Positions 1 through 15,276 of a stretch of DNA of 64,000 bases are shown here, one piece after another; positions within the stretch are counted from its first letter, which is position 1; every line of letters starts with the position of its first letter. Source of the DNA: Octopus vulgaris. Taxonomy: Eukaryota. Location of the stretch: positions 23,808,001-23,872,000 of the forward strand of contig OX597828.1 of assembly GCA_951406725.2 (NCBI GenBank), read 5' to 3'. The notes under the pieces are model-generated. The model did no database searches. It was given only the letters and a program-made list of their open reading frames with translations, and was not told the origin of the DNA. Position numbers and translations under genes: made by a program.

Positions 1-653
1 GCTCACGCGGGTACCACTCGACAACTGCGTGCGTCCACCGATCATCGGTGAGCCGGGCGACGTGTCCAGCCCATCTATACTTGCTGCGAGTATACTCTGC
101 GATGACATCTCTCACGCCGGACTTCTTTCTGATGATCTTGCTATTTATGTGCTCTCTCAACGAGATACCAAGCATTGACCTTTCCATGGCTCTTTGAGCC
201 GTTATCAGTCTTTGCTCTTCTCTCTTTGGGGTAGCTCATGTTTCACTACCATATAACATTGCAGGCAGAACTGCACTGTTAATGAGGTTGGCTCGGGTGG
301 TCCTGTCCAACCTTCCCTTGAGCACATCCCTTATGCCATTGAATGCCTTCCATCCGGCCCTTACTCACCGTGAGATCTCCTTTTTGATATCCCGGCACAT
401 ATTTACTTCCTGTCCCAGGTAGACATATTCTCTCACCTCCTCTAGTTCATCACTGCCGATCACCATTCGACCTGTTAGTACGTTGTCTGACCGCATGAAC
501 TTTGTTTTCATGCGGTTCATCTTGAGACCTACTGCAGAACTTTTGATGTCGAGCTCCGTCAGCATGGTCTGAAGCTGATCCATATTTTCAGCGATGAGTA
601 CGATGTCGTCAGCGAAACGGAGGTGAGTGAGGAGCTCGCCATTGATGTTGACA

Positions 654-655
<2 letters not shown>
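1..655 (-). mobile_element. RTE-clade LINE ORF2 fragment (RT C-terminal half), 5'-truncated, continuing past the left window edge
   Basis: Minus strand reads GVNINGELLTHLRFADDIVLIAEN...EYVYLGQ...ISR*VRAGWKAF...YRWAGHVARLTDDRWTHAVVEWYPRE (RTE motifs FADD, YLG, RWAGHV). One premature stop at ~365. Abuts (TA)n at 656. Confidence 0.9.
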
Positions 656-748
<93 letters not shown>

Positions 749-750
<2 letters not shown>

Positions 751-915
751 TTCCAAATGCGAGAGAATCAAGAAATAAACACACATGAAAGTAACAAGGA
801 AGAACAAACAGTGTATTAGATTCACGCTTAGGCAAAATAGAAGTCTTTGACGTTTCGTACCTACGCTCTTCAAGAGAATGGAATAAGGAGAGATATATAG
901 TTAAGTCTGAAAGTA
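749..915 (-). mobile_element. Penelope-type terminal-repeat remnant with degenerate hammerhead-like motif
   Basis: Minus strand 843-878 reads ctcttgaagagcgtaggtacGAAACGTCaaaga. The GAAACGTC half is intact and the CUGANGA half is decayed. Layout parallels the element at 59811-60016. Confidence 0.4.
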
Positions 916-1338
916 TGTATGTATGTATGTATATATGCATGTATGTATGTGTGCCTATGCATGCATGAATGTGTGTACAAAGAGAAATAGAGACATGGTA
1001 AGTCAGACGTAGTTGTTCGATTAATATATCTTATGCAAATGTGTACAACTTATCTATGTATTGACGAGTGCATGTTTATTTCACGGTACACGTGCTGACA
1101 CACATACTGGTTCAACTACATTAAGTTATGTGTGCGTATGCCTTGCGTGTACATATATGTGTATCTGTGTGTATTTGTGTGTGTGTGTGTATTCATATTT
1201 GTAAGCCAGAATAATATCTGCGTGTCAATATTTAATTTGAAAAGAAACATTCGAAGCAAATATAGGTTATTGCTTGCCTGCAGCTTCTTCTCCTTTCCCT
1301 ATGATGTATAGAATTATTGAGAAGCCGTTTCGACAGAC

Positions 1339-1601
<263 letters not shown>

Positions 1602-2113
1602 TGTGCGCGTGTGTGTGAGTTGTTGAGTATGATGTTAAGAGTGATGTGACGCGTAGAGAGATATAAATTGGTAGATACGTAGATAAATTGATTGTTATGG
1701 ATATATACTGACACACTAACAACCATATATACAATATATATATATATGTCTATATTAGAGTATTGTATAAGTGTTTCCTTCATAATATACATTGTTCGTT
1801 GGCTGTCTGATACATTCAACTTTATATGTTCTTGATTGTTTGTGGAAGTGAATTTGGTGTTCTTGTTTGCGTCTCTATTTAAAATTGTTTTTTTCTATTT
1901 AAAAATTGTAGAATTGCCTCCAAGAACAAAATAGAAAACGTCTGCATTTAAACCACTTTTATACCTAATATCATTGAGAACTAGAACATCACCACCAAGA
2001 ACAACGATAATAATTAGTTCAATTTACACGTTCAACTAAAATAACTAAATATCTGTGTGTGTGAAATGATTCAAAGATTTCCAGAACATTTCCTCATACA
2101 AAGTATAAGCCCA

Positions 2114-2405
2114 GAGGCGGTTGGATGGAACCTACACTCGCCTCCTTATGAGAGCTCAAAATCTCTCGTGGAGAGTCCAGTTTGCTGGACATTGTTGTAG
2201 AGCTGAAAAAGAAGTAATTTCTACTCTTCTCCTCTGGAAGCCATCTACTCGCAATACCAGAGGGCGCACACTCTCCTATCCTGATGTAATCTCCAGGGAT
2301 ACAGGCATCCAGCAACAGGACCTCCGTAATGCCATGATGGACCGTGAAGTCTGGCGTAGCATGGTAAATTCCATTGTCTCGACCACGGTCGAACAATGAT
2401 GAATG
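2114..2405 (+). mobile_element. 5'-truncated LINE 3' end (RTE-like ORF2 C-terminus) with 9-bp TSD
   Basis: ORF DGTYTRLLMRAQNLSW..FAGHCCR..LLLWKP..AMMDREVWR, then a short (TGA)n tail. Flanked by direct repeat ATAAGCCCA at 2105-2113 and 2406-2414. Confidence 0.85.
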
Positions 2406-2859
2406 ATAAGCCCAACATATTAAATTCAAATTTACAGAATCAACAATGTGTCCAGAAAGTAAATTGAGGGCTTAACTCCGACATTTTGAAATATGCAGAG
2501 ATGCTATTTTTAATAAAACTTTCATTGTTCTTCCCGATGTTTTTTCCTGTCCTTAATGACGTTAGTCCTGAATATTGTGTTAAAGCAGACTTATACTGAC
2601 TTTGTCTGTTTGGTGTTGTGGGAGATTCTAATATTTCTAAAAAGAAATACTAAATTTTTATATACGTGTATACTTTCTTTACTTTTTTCCTTTTATCAGT
2701 TATATATGTATCTATTAACATGTATGTATGTATGTGTTCGTGTATATTTATCTACATTAGTATGTGGGTGTAGGTATATCTATATATATATGGATATATA
2801 TATATTCCATAATAAGTTTTTCATTGTTTGATTTGCCTAATAGTGGTTTTGTCTCTAAT

Positions 2860-3344
<485 letters not shown>

Positions 3345-3373
3345 ACATATATATCTTATTCTTAAACCGGACT

Positions 3374-4273
3374 GTAATCATTAAGCCAAAGCAAACATCT
3401 CAAGTCGTATACACTATTATTATAGGAAGAAATCCAAAATCTTACAGCTGTTTCTGGGATATACCCGAGTATGGGATATTCCGTCATCAAAGACAAATAG
3501 GGAAAAAATAGAGAGTATGAGAGTGGTATATATGAATAAGAGGATACCATAGAGGAAGGGAGTAAAAGAATAAGGAGATAGAAGGAAAGAAGGAAAAAGA
3601 AGCATAAAAATTCATAGTTCAACGTTTCCGAAGTTATAGAAACCAGAGCATGAGTCTTTACGTGCAATCCTGCGTAGATGCATGAGCGTAAGTCCTCAGG
3701 TACAATTCTGCGTATATCCATGTGGGATATACGAGGGGTTGCACCTAAGGACTCATGTCTAGTTTCTATAACTTCGGAAAGTTGAACTATAAACTTTTAT
3801 TCTTCTTTTTTCTTCTCTCTTTGCATCTCTTTATTCTTTTACGTCTTTCGTCTATATCTATTTCTTTACTGTCCACAAGGGGCTAAACACAGAGAGGACA
3901 AACAAGCTCAGACAAGCGGATTAAGTCGATTATATCGACCCCAGCGCGTAACTGGTACTTAATTTATCGACCCCAAAAGGATGAAAGGCAAAGACATCCT
4001 CGGCGGAATTTGAACTCAGAACGCTACGGCAGACGAATTACGGCTACGCATTTCGCCCGGCGTGGTAACGTTTCCTCTAGCTCGCCGCCTTCCTCTATAT
4101 CGACATCTTGTTAATATATACCATTCTCACTTTCCGTACTTTTTCCTTATTTGTCTCTGATGACAGAATATTCCATACTCGGGGATAACCCAGAGACAGC
4201 TGTAAAATTTTGAATTTCTTCCAATAATGATATTGTATACGACTTGAAATATTTGTCTTGCCTTAATGTTTAC
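3374..4273. mobile_element. Long foldback (arms ~300 bp) with Penelope-type hammerhead-like motif in each arm, right arm interrupted by a SINE
   Basis: 3374-3550 is the reverse complement of ~4095-4273, and 3600-3672 of 3735-3810. Arm consensus is ctgatgacggaat...cccagaaacagctgta. Confidence 0.75.
3859..4091 (-). mobile_element. SINE family D (tRNA-like head plus gcctttcatcctttcggggtcgataaa central domain resembling Deu/Nin)
   Basis: Homologous copies at 20790, 34889 and 47751. Candidate TSD TCTATATC at 3851-3858 and 4094-4101. Confidence 0.85.
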
Positions 4274-4391
4274 TATCTCGTTTAAGAATTTTATATCCAT
4301 TGCACCGGAAACCTGCAATGGCTCCATAACTATCTAGCGTTCCTAATCGTGAATTAAACCCATAAACTTTGTACATACATACATACATACA

Positions 4392-4453
<62 letters not shown>

Positions 4454-4508
4454 CAGGAATGCACAGAAAGAGAGAGTGAAAGCGAGAGAAAGAGAGACAG
4501 GGAGTAAG

Positions 4509-4545
<37 letters not shown>

Positions 4546-5529
4546 TGTGTGTCTGTGCATGTTTGTTTACGTGTGAGTATGTCTAGAATCGACTCCGTTG
4601 AGTCGCTCAATATTCAACAAGTTCTTCAGATATATAGAGATATCGGCGACCGAGTTGCACATCGTGATACTAACGATTAGCGAGAACTGCCTTTTGTGAG
4701 AATTCAATTCTGTCTGTATATCTTCCGATCTTAAACCCTAAGAATTTACAAAGAAATGACAAGTATCGAATTAAATCCCCATTAATCCCAGATATCATTT
4801 AGAACGTTATCTGGAATTACATTCTGGCAATTAATAAACCGACTGTTTTTCAGTGATATGAGCAGAAATATTCTTGTGGTATTCTTTTTGCCTATCCCAT
4901 TATCATTCGGTTTTAAATATTTATTTCATCAATAAGTGCTTGCAGATAGATGTCTTGAATTTTCGAATACGTCCAACAAGAACTAACGGATAATGGGGAA
5001 TACGACAGCTCGAAAGGGACCTCAGCCTTGTATACCAGCTTAAAACATGTACTCTATCTATTGAGTTTCTGCTCTGAAATCTTTAAATCAAAGCCTCAAA
5101 GATTTTCTTTACTTTTTACGATGATCTGCCTGCCTTTATCTCTATATTTTATATAATGCTGGTGTACGCACAAGCCCTATCATTGTTAGTAGATTCATGC
5201 ATGGCAAATTAACGATTCATGCAGGTATCTTTACACTTATAATGGTTCCAACCAGAGCTTGCGGTCATGTTGTAGCAAAACCGTGCTTCCTCATTACGTG
5301 CAATCAGAAGTATAACCAACTACTTGATTAGAGAATGTTTTCATTGTAATTTCAATGAATAGCCTCCAGTGATAAATTTACAAATATGGATGTGTGTATA
5401 TATACACACATATATATACACATACATATATATAGAGAGAGAGATAGATAAATAGATAGATACATATATATATAAACATACGCACACACACCACACTCAA
5501 ATATATATATATATATGGGCAAACATTTT

Positions 5530-5895
5530 CATTTAGATGAATACGGTACTTAAGTTGAGGCAACAGAATTTAGTACGGTATTGTCCATACAATTTCAAAA
5601 TAAGTTGATTAAAATCAAATGCAACAAGGATATCCAGAGGTAATGCAGTACGATTGTTTCATGCAACTCCATTTAATTGAACAATGCAATCATTACATCA
5701 ACTTAAATGCAGAGCAATCCTCAGCTGCAGAAAGACATAGAATTTAATTTAATTAAAACAGATGGACACATTAGTATAATTTTGCCTAAAATCTCCAAGA
5801 GGTTTTGGAGATAGACAAAGAACATGCTGCCTTCACTCCAACTTCTAAGCTATCATGAAGATATACATTGTTACAGACTCTGCCTGTCACTTTAT
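5530..5895 (+). repeat. Solo arm of the foldback family seen at 9436-10335
   Basis: Shares ggatatccagaggtaa...gaacatgctgccttc...ttgttacaga with 9470-9745. Confidence 0.75.
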
Positions 5896-6193
5896 ATATA
5901 TATATACTAACTTTTGACTCTCCTCCTTTCTCTGCTTATCTCTCTTCATGTACACATAAATGTTGTCGATTAGCGTCTAAGCATGCATATAGATCAGTAG
6001 GAGGAGAGATTTGCATGCGTGTGCGCACGTAGGTATGTATGTATTGAGGTAGGGAAGCATGCGAGTATGCACGTTTGTAGACGTTTGTATGTATATATTG
6101 TCATCGGCTTCGGCTCTTCTTAGCTTCCGTGTACTTCTTTCTTCATTGATGCCAGTGTCTCCGATTACTGGCAAAGGAGATTTTTGTGTAGAG

Positions 6194-6277
6194 CAATTGC
6201 TCAAACCGACCTCATCTAATAATCGGTGGAAACCTTAACAGAATTGGAGGACATGCCGAGGTCGGTTTGAGCAATTG
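6194..6277. repeat. Perfect 20-bp inverted repeat with 44-nt spacer
   Basis: CAATTGCTCAAACCGACCTC (6194-6213) / GAGGTCGGTTTGAGCAATTG (6258-6277). Confidence 0.85.
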
Positions 6278-6283
6278 TGAATG

Positions 6284-6321
<38 letters not shown>

Positions 6322-6535
6322 CATACATTCACACACACACAGATATGATTGAATCTCCGGTGGGTTTCGACGTATGAGGATTACGGATCACTGCAGATAG
6401 TATGTTTGCAGTTACTGTTCACCTTTGACTTGCAACCACTAAGGCTGTTAATGCTGGTTGGAACAAAGTCTCTTATATCATTTTGACAACGATATACATA
6501 CTTATATAATATATATATATATATATAAATGTGTA

Positions 6536-6585
<50 letters not shown>

Positions 6586-6940
6586 CTAGAGGGACATCGT
6601 TAAGTTTGACCTGCTTGCGTATATATATATTACGTAGGTTTGCATATCTCATACCATGATGCTGTGTGAAACGAGATTCCCGTTGCCACGAAGCTGGTTT
6701 TAAATTAAAGAGTGAAACACTTATGTTATGCAAATTAATAACCCCATTGCTCGGAAGCTTTTGGACTTGTTGAGTATACAATCAGATTGCTTGCTTGCTT
6801 TCCTGGTATTCATCAAATGATACAGATTCCTCTCATGAGAATCCAAGACGGTTCGCAAGGCTGTTTATAGCTTTTTTTTTCAATCTAGGAAGAATAGTTA
6901 CATTTGCCATGCTTATATTTCCATATAAGTTTATGTATCG

Positions 6941-6996
<56 letters not shown>

Positions 6997-7312
6997 AGCT
7001 CTATTCGCATATTTATCGCTGGATACTATAGTAGCACTTTACAATGCTCACAGGTATTTCTATATCATTTGCAGTACTCAGTTTAATTGAAGAAAATTGA
7101 ATATTTTCCTATAGGGTACTAAAGTTTTGCCTTGACCTAGATATGCTGAACGTTGTGACCCTGTTGTTAAATATAGAATGGGCTGTTAGAGCAAATAAAT
7201 AGTATTTATTAAGTATTAAATAGAGTACGTCATCCGTCTGGAGAAACCATTCTATGTTAATTATTGCAGTAATTAACTCAATACTTAATTATATTTTTCA
7301 TTTTACTTGCAG

Positions 7313-7381
7313 AATCCGTACAAATTCTTCCACCCACGACGACAGTTAGACCTACTCCTCCATTACCACCCAGACCTCGAG
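7313..7381 (+). CDS. Internal coding exon (phase 1-1) of the olfactomedin-domain gene, Pro/Thr-rich linker
   Basis: Acceptor tttttcattttacttgcAG, donor G|GTAAGA, 69 nt. Translates SVQILPPTTTVRPTPPLPPRPR. The final G plus the first AG of the next exon gives E, in frame with CAIKVFGKP. Confidence 0.8.
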
Positions 7382-8291
7382 GTAAGATTAAATAAAACAA
7401 TTTAGACTGACATTTAGCTAATATTACTGCTGATTTGATCTCAATGGTTAGCAGTTGTAAATATTCATATAATCGTATATATTTATCTGTTCTGCATTGC
7501 ACTTTTTACTTCCATTACATACATATGTGACTTACTAAAATATTTTTATTTACCACATACACAACTAATAATTAATCGATATATAATCTATAATAAATAA
7601 ACTAGGATGATTTAAAAATATTTTTGTGCTGTTACATGTAAAAAATCATTGATTAACAATTCCATATCAGTAATTATGATGTGCAATATATTTTTAATTA
7701 CCAATGTCATAAGCGTCGTATAATATATAATTAAGAGTCCAAATATCTCTACTAAATTGTTGTTTATGCGATTATACTATAATTATCCAGACTATGTTAA
7801 TGTCTCTTCTTCGTATTACAAGTTTGCACTATTCATATAAATAGTATTTCCAAAGTTCCAAAATAGAGATTCCGGGTCTCAGGGGAGTAGTAACAGCATC
7901 AACTGACATAAATGTCTTTTGGTTAGAAATTCAATTAAATTTACAAAATTACAATGCTAAGAGTAAACACTCAAGCTGCGTGGTTAAGAGATTTGATTGG
8001 TGCATACGTGAGTTCAAGTGCGAGTACAGCAGAGGAATATTTAACTTCGATATAAATGTGCAATGAATTATTTAAAATTGAACGAACTAAACGCACATAA
8101 ATGATGTATATCAAAGGGCACTAGGCCACGTGTCCAGCAGAAACACGTGTTGGATTGGCACTTGATAAGAATAATACTTTAACCAACGTATTTGGATAAG
8201 ATGATATAATTCTCCTTCTACTTTATAATGCCTTGATTACAGATATATTTACATATGCCTTTATATATTATATACATGTATACTTGTATAT

Positions 8292-8361
<70 letters not shown>

Positions 8362-8946
8362 GTGTGTGCGTTGGTATGTCTCATGTTGCGATAAACATAT
8401 CACCATCAATATTTTGGTATTTAGAATTCTTTTGCCGGAAACTAACACTTGCAATCAATCACTAAATACACACATACTTGCACACACACATACCATCACA
8501 CTTATAAATATTCGTATTTGTGAATTTTATATTATACATAAGTGTGTGTGTGTGTGTGTGTGTGTATTTATGTAGATGTGTAGCTCTTCGTCTATTTATG
8601 TATATATATACCTATAAGTACAAAAGAATGCATATTTGTGTTTATGGATTAGATGTAAATGTATTTATAGCAGCAGATTTATGGAAACAAAATTATGGGA
8701 TAGAAAAATAGGAAGCAAAATGGATGCTGCCAATTTTATATTCGTCGACACTTGTAACAATTCCTTGAGTTTTAGAAATAAAATATTGCAATCACATGTG
8801 AAAGATATAAAAAATTAGTGTGACAGACGAATTATCCGAGATATGACAGTACTAGATTAAGGTTTATAATCTATAATAGTACAATAGTACAAGCAGTATT
8901 ACTAATGCTCCAATGGAGCAAACTGGGATATAGACTAGCAATGCTT

Positions 8947-8997
<51 letters not shown>

Positions 8998-9189
8998 CAT
9001 AACAGTATGCACAGATGCAAAGGTACTGAAATACAAATATGGACACACACACACACACACACCCACCCACACCCACACACACACACACTAACACACATAC
9101 GCACACGTGTATTTATATATACGTCTATGCATGTGTACACCTATGTCAACATGAATACATACACATAGATATGTGTATATATATGTATA

Positions 9190-9237
<48 letters not shown>

Positions 9238-9256
9238 TATCTATCTATCTATCTTC

Positions 9257-10335
<1,079 letters not shown>

Positions 10336-10377
10336 TTTCTCTCTCTCACTCTATCTATGCGTATATATATATATATT

Positions 10378-10417
<40 letters not shown>

Positions 10418-11178
10418 CAGACAGAGAGAAAGAGAGAGAAAGCGATTCAGATGAATATGGTACCAGAATATAATACGGTTTTCATATATATATGTATATC
10501 ATAGTATATATTACACTGTATATATTATATCTACCTAGCCAAATACATACAGCCAGACAGTGAGGCAAACACACACTCACAAACAGTCACACACACACAA
10601 ACATACACATACATAGACACACATACTCACGGATACACACATAAATGACAAAAGGATTAGAGCAAGCATACGTATAGGTCAGCTCCATAAATTTAGAATA
10701 AAAACAGTTTTAAATTTGCTCGAAATAATATACGATATTAATTTGAATTTTCCTTGCTATTACATAATCTGTAGAAACTAGTAACTACAATTGCAAACGC
10801 CTCTGCATCAGTAAAACACATAATTTCTACTAATCCATTATTAACCGCTTGACACAAAATTTCTTTAAAAACCAGATAATCTGCTTTTTTTTTTGCAGGA
10901 GACAAAGAGCAGCTTTGACAATATAACGTGATTGTGTTTCAACGAACTTCATCACCGAAGTGTCGTTCAATTATATATATATTCTTATAAATACATTCAC
11001 ACATATATGAGTTTTATATGCATACATATATTTTTTCTCTCTTTTTACGACCCTTTTTGATAGAAAACCTACCATCCTTTTTATTTTTTATTTTTATTTT
11101 TATTTTATTTTATTTTTTCTTCCCCAAAAGAAAAGCTCTACTTGGTAATTTGTCCCCTGTGTGGCTAATAAAGAAACA

Positions 11179-11203
11179 TATCTATCTATCTATCTATCTA
11201 TCG

Positions 11204-11301
<98 letters not shown>

Positions 11302-11302
11302 A

Positions 11303-11384
<82 letters not shown>

Positions 11385-11408
11385 CCTACCTACCTGCCTA
11401 TCTATCTG

Positions 11409-11455
<47 letters not shown>

Positions 11456-11500
11456 CTCTGTCTATCTACCTATCTGCCTGTCTGCCTATCTGCCTGTTAG

Positions 11501-11588
<88 letters not shown>

Positions 11589-11612
11589 CCTACCTACCTA
11601 CCTACCTACCTA
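11179..11612 (+). repeat. (ATCT)n tetranucleotide microsatellite with ACCT/GTCT variants
   Basis: Direct reading. Source of the LSIY ORFs. Confidence 0.95.
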
Positions 11613-12039
11613 TCACTCTCTCTCTAACCAAATATATTGCATGTATTCCGTCTATTTGCTATATTTCAGATTCCAGCGCCATTGCCACAAGAGGAAGTTC
11701 AGGCTCAATACACAGTTGCTCATCATACACCACTAAACTCACATTAACTTTCATATCAATGTACGCTTAACTAACATCATTAACCAAACATTACACAGCA
11801 CGATCGACAAACGGAACCTTAGTGTTTTTCATTTTATTCGATGTCGTCTTTTATATATTTGTGTACTTTGTTTTTTTTTTGTATTTTATCACAGAATTCC
11901 ATGTGTTTTTTTTTCTTCCATAGTTTTTTTTTTAACGTTTCCTTTTAAAGACGAGCGTGATTAATTTTGATGCCTAATTGCTGGTAATTATCTGTTTGCT
12001 ATGTCATACGATCACAGCGTTGCTACAGTAATATTTGCA

Positions 12040-12095
12040 GTAGTAGTAGTGGTAGTAGTAGTAGTGGTGGTGGTGGTGGTAGTGATAGTGGTAGT

Positions 12096-12145
<50 letters not shown>

Positions 12146-12240
12146 CAATAGTGGTAGTAGTCGTAGTAGTAGTAGTAGGAGTGATGTTGGTGGCAGTGGT
12201 AGTAGTAGTAGTCGTAGTTGTAGCAGCGTCAGCAGCAGAC

Positions 12241-12287
<47 letters not shown>
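12040..12287 (+). repeat. Compound (GTA)n/(GTG)n/(GCA)n microsatellite
   Basis: Direct reading. Confidence 0.9.
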
Positions 12288-12289
12288 AA

Positions 12290-12495
12290 GTCCTTTCTAC
12301 TATAAAAGACACAGACTCTGAAATTTGGAGGCGAGGGTGGTGGGGTAGTCGATTACATCGATCCCAGTATAAGACTGGTATAGATTTTATTTACTCCGAA
12401 AGGATGAAAAGTAAACTCGGCTTCGGCTGAAATTGAACTCGAACGAAAATGGCGTCAAGCATTTTGCCCGGTGCGGTAGCGATCCTACCACCTTA
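12290..12495 (-). mobile_element. SINE family D variant (tail ...atagtagaaagg), degenerate
   Basis: gtcgattacatcgatcccag...gaaaggatgaaaag...gcattttgcccggtgc matches the family D reverse complement. Confidence 0.7.
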
Positions 12496-12501
12496 ATGAA
12501 G

Positions 12502-12547
<46 letters not shown>

Positions 12548-12552
<5 letters not shown>

Positions 12553-13021
12553 GATGGGCTGCAGCAAATATTCTGCAAATATTCTGCTCAATACCACACA
12601 TTTGCTTGTCAGCTGTTTGACCTTAACCAGTTGAGCATGTCTCTTAGTGGCTGACGATATATGCGTCTCTGATCATGAAAAGTAGTGGGGGAGCATCATG
12701 GCCATGTGCTGAGAGGGATTCTTTGGGGTTTGAATAATTCACCTCTGGAAACACGGGTGTTTCGTTCAACATCCTTAAACAACCCTTATTAAGAGACCTC
12801 TTGAGTGGGATGGGTTACTCGACCAGAAGAAAATTCTAACTGGGTCCCACCTGCTAGGTCATATGCTGTTTATCTTGATATAAGATCACCATGTCGCGCA
12901 CATTTGGTTGTGATACATGTGCCTGGTGTACCCTTATCAAACGGGTAGCCACGATGGGTATACTGGGCTTCGTATATTTTACCCCAGCGTCTCTTTTATG
13001 GCATGCACTGCTCTCTCACTC
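12548..13021 (+). mobile_element. Non-coding (TAA)n-associated repeat, family E, copy 1
   Basis: High similarity to 13095-13590. Ends ctctctcactc|(AAT)n, with (AAT)n on both sides. Confidence 0.8.
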
Positions 13022-13089
<68 letters not shown>

Positions 13090-13094
13090 TAATA

Positions 13095-13590
13095 GTGTTA
13101 TCATGTACATTGTTTTGTCTTGGTATAAAAGATGGGCTACAGCAAATATTCTGCTCAATACCACAGTTTTGCTTGTCAGTTGTTTGACCTTAACCAGTTG
13201 AGCATGTCCCTTAGTGGCTGACGATATGTGCATCTCTGATCACGAGCAGAAGTAGTGGGGGAGCATCATGGCCATGTGTTGAGGGGGATTCTTTGTGGTT
13301 TGAATAATTCACCTCTGGAAACATGGGTGGTTCTTTCAACATCTTTAAACAACCCTTATTCAGGGACCTTTGAGCGGGATGGGCTACTCAACCTGAAGAA
13401 AATTCTAACTGGGCCCCACCTGCAAGGTCATGTGCTGTTTATCTTGATATGAGATCACCATGTCGCGCACATATGGTTGTGATGCATGTGCCAGGTGTAC
13501 CTTTATCAGACTGGTAGTCATGATGGGTATATTGGGCTTCGTATATTTTACCCCAGTGTCACTTTGATGGCATGCACTGCTCTCTCACTC
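13095..13590 (+). mobile_element. Non-coding (TAA)n-associated repeat, family E, copy 2
   Basis: Tandem with copy 1, same right end but different left end. Further pieces at 26590, 29637 and 32960. Confidence 0.8.
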
Positions 13591-13628
<38 letters not shown>

Positions 13629-13649
13629 TAATAATAATAATAATAAAGC

Positions 13650-14025
13650 AGGTGCTTTTTGTGTTGAGAACCTTGCTTCCCAACTGCATGGTCCTGGGTT
13701 CTTCTACTACACCCTTGGGCTCACCAAAGATTTGTAAGCGGATTTAGTGGGCGGTAACTGAAAGGAGTGTGTCGTATATATTTATCGGTGTGTATGTGTG
13801 TGTGTGTTCGTGTACATGTCTTTGTGTCTGAGTTTGTACCCCACCAACGGGTGACAACCGGTGTCGGTGTGCTTACGACACTTTAATATACCAGTTTGAC
13901 AAAAGAGGCCGATTAAGTACCAGGATTACATAAATACAATAGGTACTGGACTCGATTCATTCAACAAAAGATTCTACAAGGCTGTGCCCCAGCATGGGCG
14001 TAGCCTAATGGATGAAACGAGTAAT
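13650..14025 (+). mobile_element. Degenerate SINE family C (internal TG microsatellite)
   Basis: gatttagtgggcggtaactgaaagga...gacaaccggtgtcggtgtg...ccagcatgggc matches 40553 and 60752. Confidence 0.65.
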
Positions 14026-14940
14026 ATATAAATACTTTCTACTCTAGGTACAAGGCCTGAAAAACTTGGGGACGGATCCTAGTGGATCTGATCGACTCCA
14101 GTGCCGAACTGATACTTACTTTATCGACCCTGAGAGGATGGATTTGATTTCAGAACTTAGATGATCAGAGCATAGAATCTTCGTTATACAATTCGGGCCT
14201 GCTGATGCAGACACGTTGGTATTTGCATAATACAGACTAGAAAGTCGCACTGCTCATTATAATGATATATCTATTGCTCTTTATATGCAACGCCCACAGT
14301 TGTCGTTCCCAAAAAATGAAGATTGATTATTCTTTTTACTTGGGAAATATAGAGCTATTGTTTCCTTTTGATTTCCGCCGATACAACAGGATATTAGACT
14401 TTTAGTCTTCTGTCCTACCGAGTTTAAAGTGAGTATTTCACCTTTAAACAAGAGAACTTAGTTCACATGACACCGGAGATTATTCACACACCTGTGAGTC
14501 TGTGGGACACACGTCTGGGGATTAGACATTTTTCTAAATGCTGTATGTTTTAACTACAATAGTTTAGATTCATGTGACTAAATCTATTTGTCCCATAACT
14601 ATCGCCATGAACTAGAGTGGTCCTGAGTTTGGTGGTGTCTAGTTCGAAAAGCTCCTGAACTCGCCACCTGAAGCATTTTCATAGGATGAAATATAATGGC
14701 GTGCACATGACATTGTATCAATTATGTTATAGTTAATATAGGTGCAGTGTGGGCTGTGCGGTTAAGAGGCTCGCTTACCAGCCACCTAATTTCAGGTTCA
14801 ATCCCGCATAAGACCAGCCGAGGCCAACGAATAGGCCACTAATAAATTTGGTGGGTTTAAATCGAGTGGAAGCCAGTTCTATATAGATTTGCATCTATGT
14901 ATGCATCCTTATATATATATATATATATATATATGAGATA

Positions 14941-14980
<40 letters not shown>

Positions 14981-14985
<5 letters not shown>

Positions 14986-15276
14986 GAGGCGCAATGACCC
15001 AGTGGTTAGGGCAGCGGACTCGCGGTTGTAGGATCGCGGTTTCGATTCCCAGACCGGGCGTTGTGAGTGTTTATTGAGCGAAAACATCTAAAGCTCCACG
15101 AGGCTCCGGCAGAGGATGTTGGCGATCCCTGCTGTACTCTTTCGCCATAACTTTCTCTCACTCTTTCTTCTGTTGGCCTGCTACCTTAGCCAGCGGGGTG
15201 GCGTCATTTGAAGGCAAAAAGAAATGCGAAGCGCATTGTGACCAGCGATGTGTAGCAACATCTGATAACCTGGTCG
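14981..15276 (+). mobile_element. tRNA(Arg)-derived SINE, family A, in (TA)n
   Basis: Same head, body and tail as 2991-3290. TA repeats on both flanks. Confidence 0.9.

Noticed and set aside
10885-10950. Strong acceptor-like tttttttgcAG inside the OLF intron
   Set aside because: No convincing donor or family-like peptide follows.
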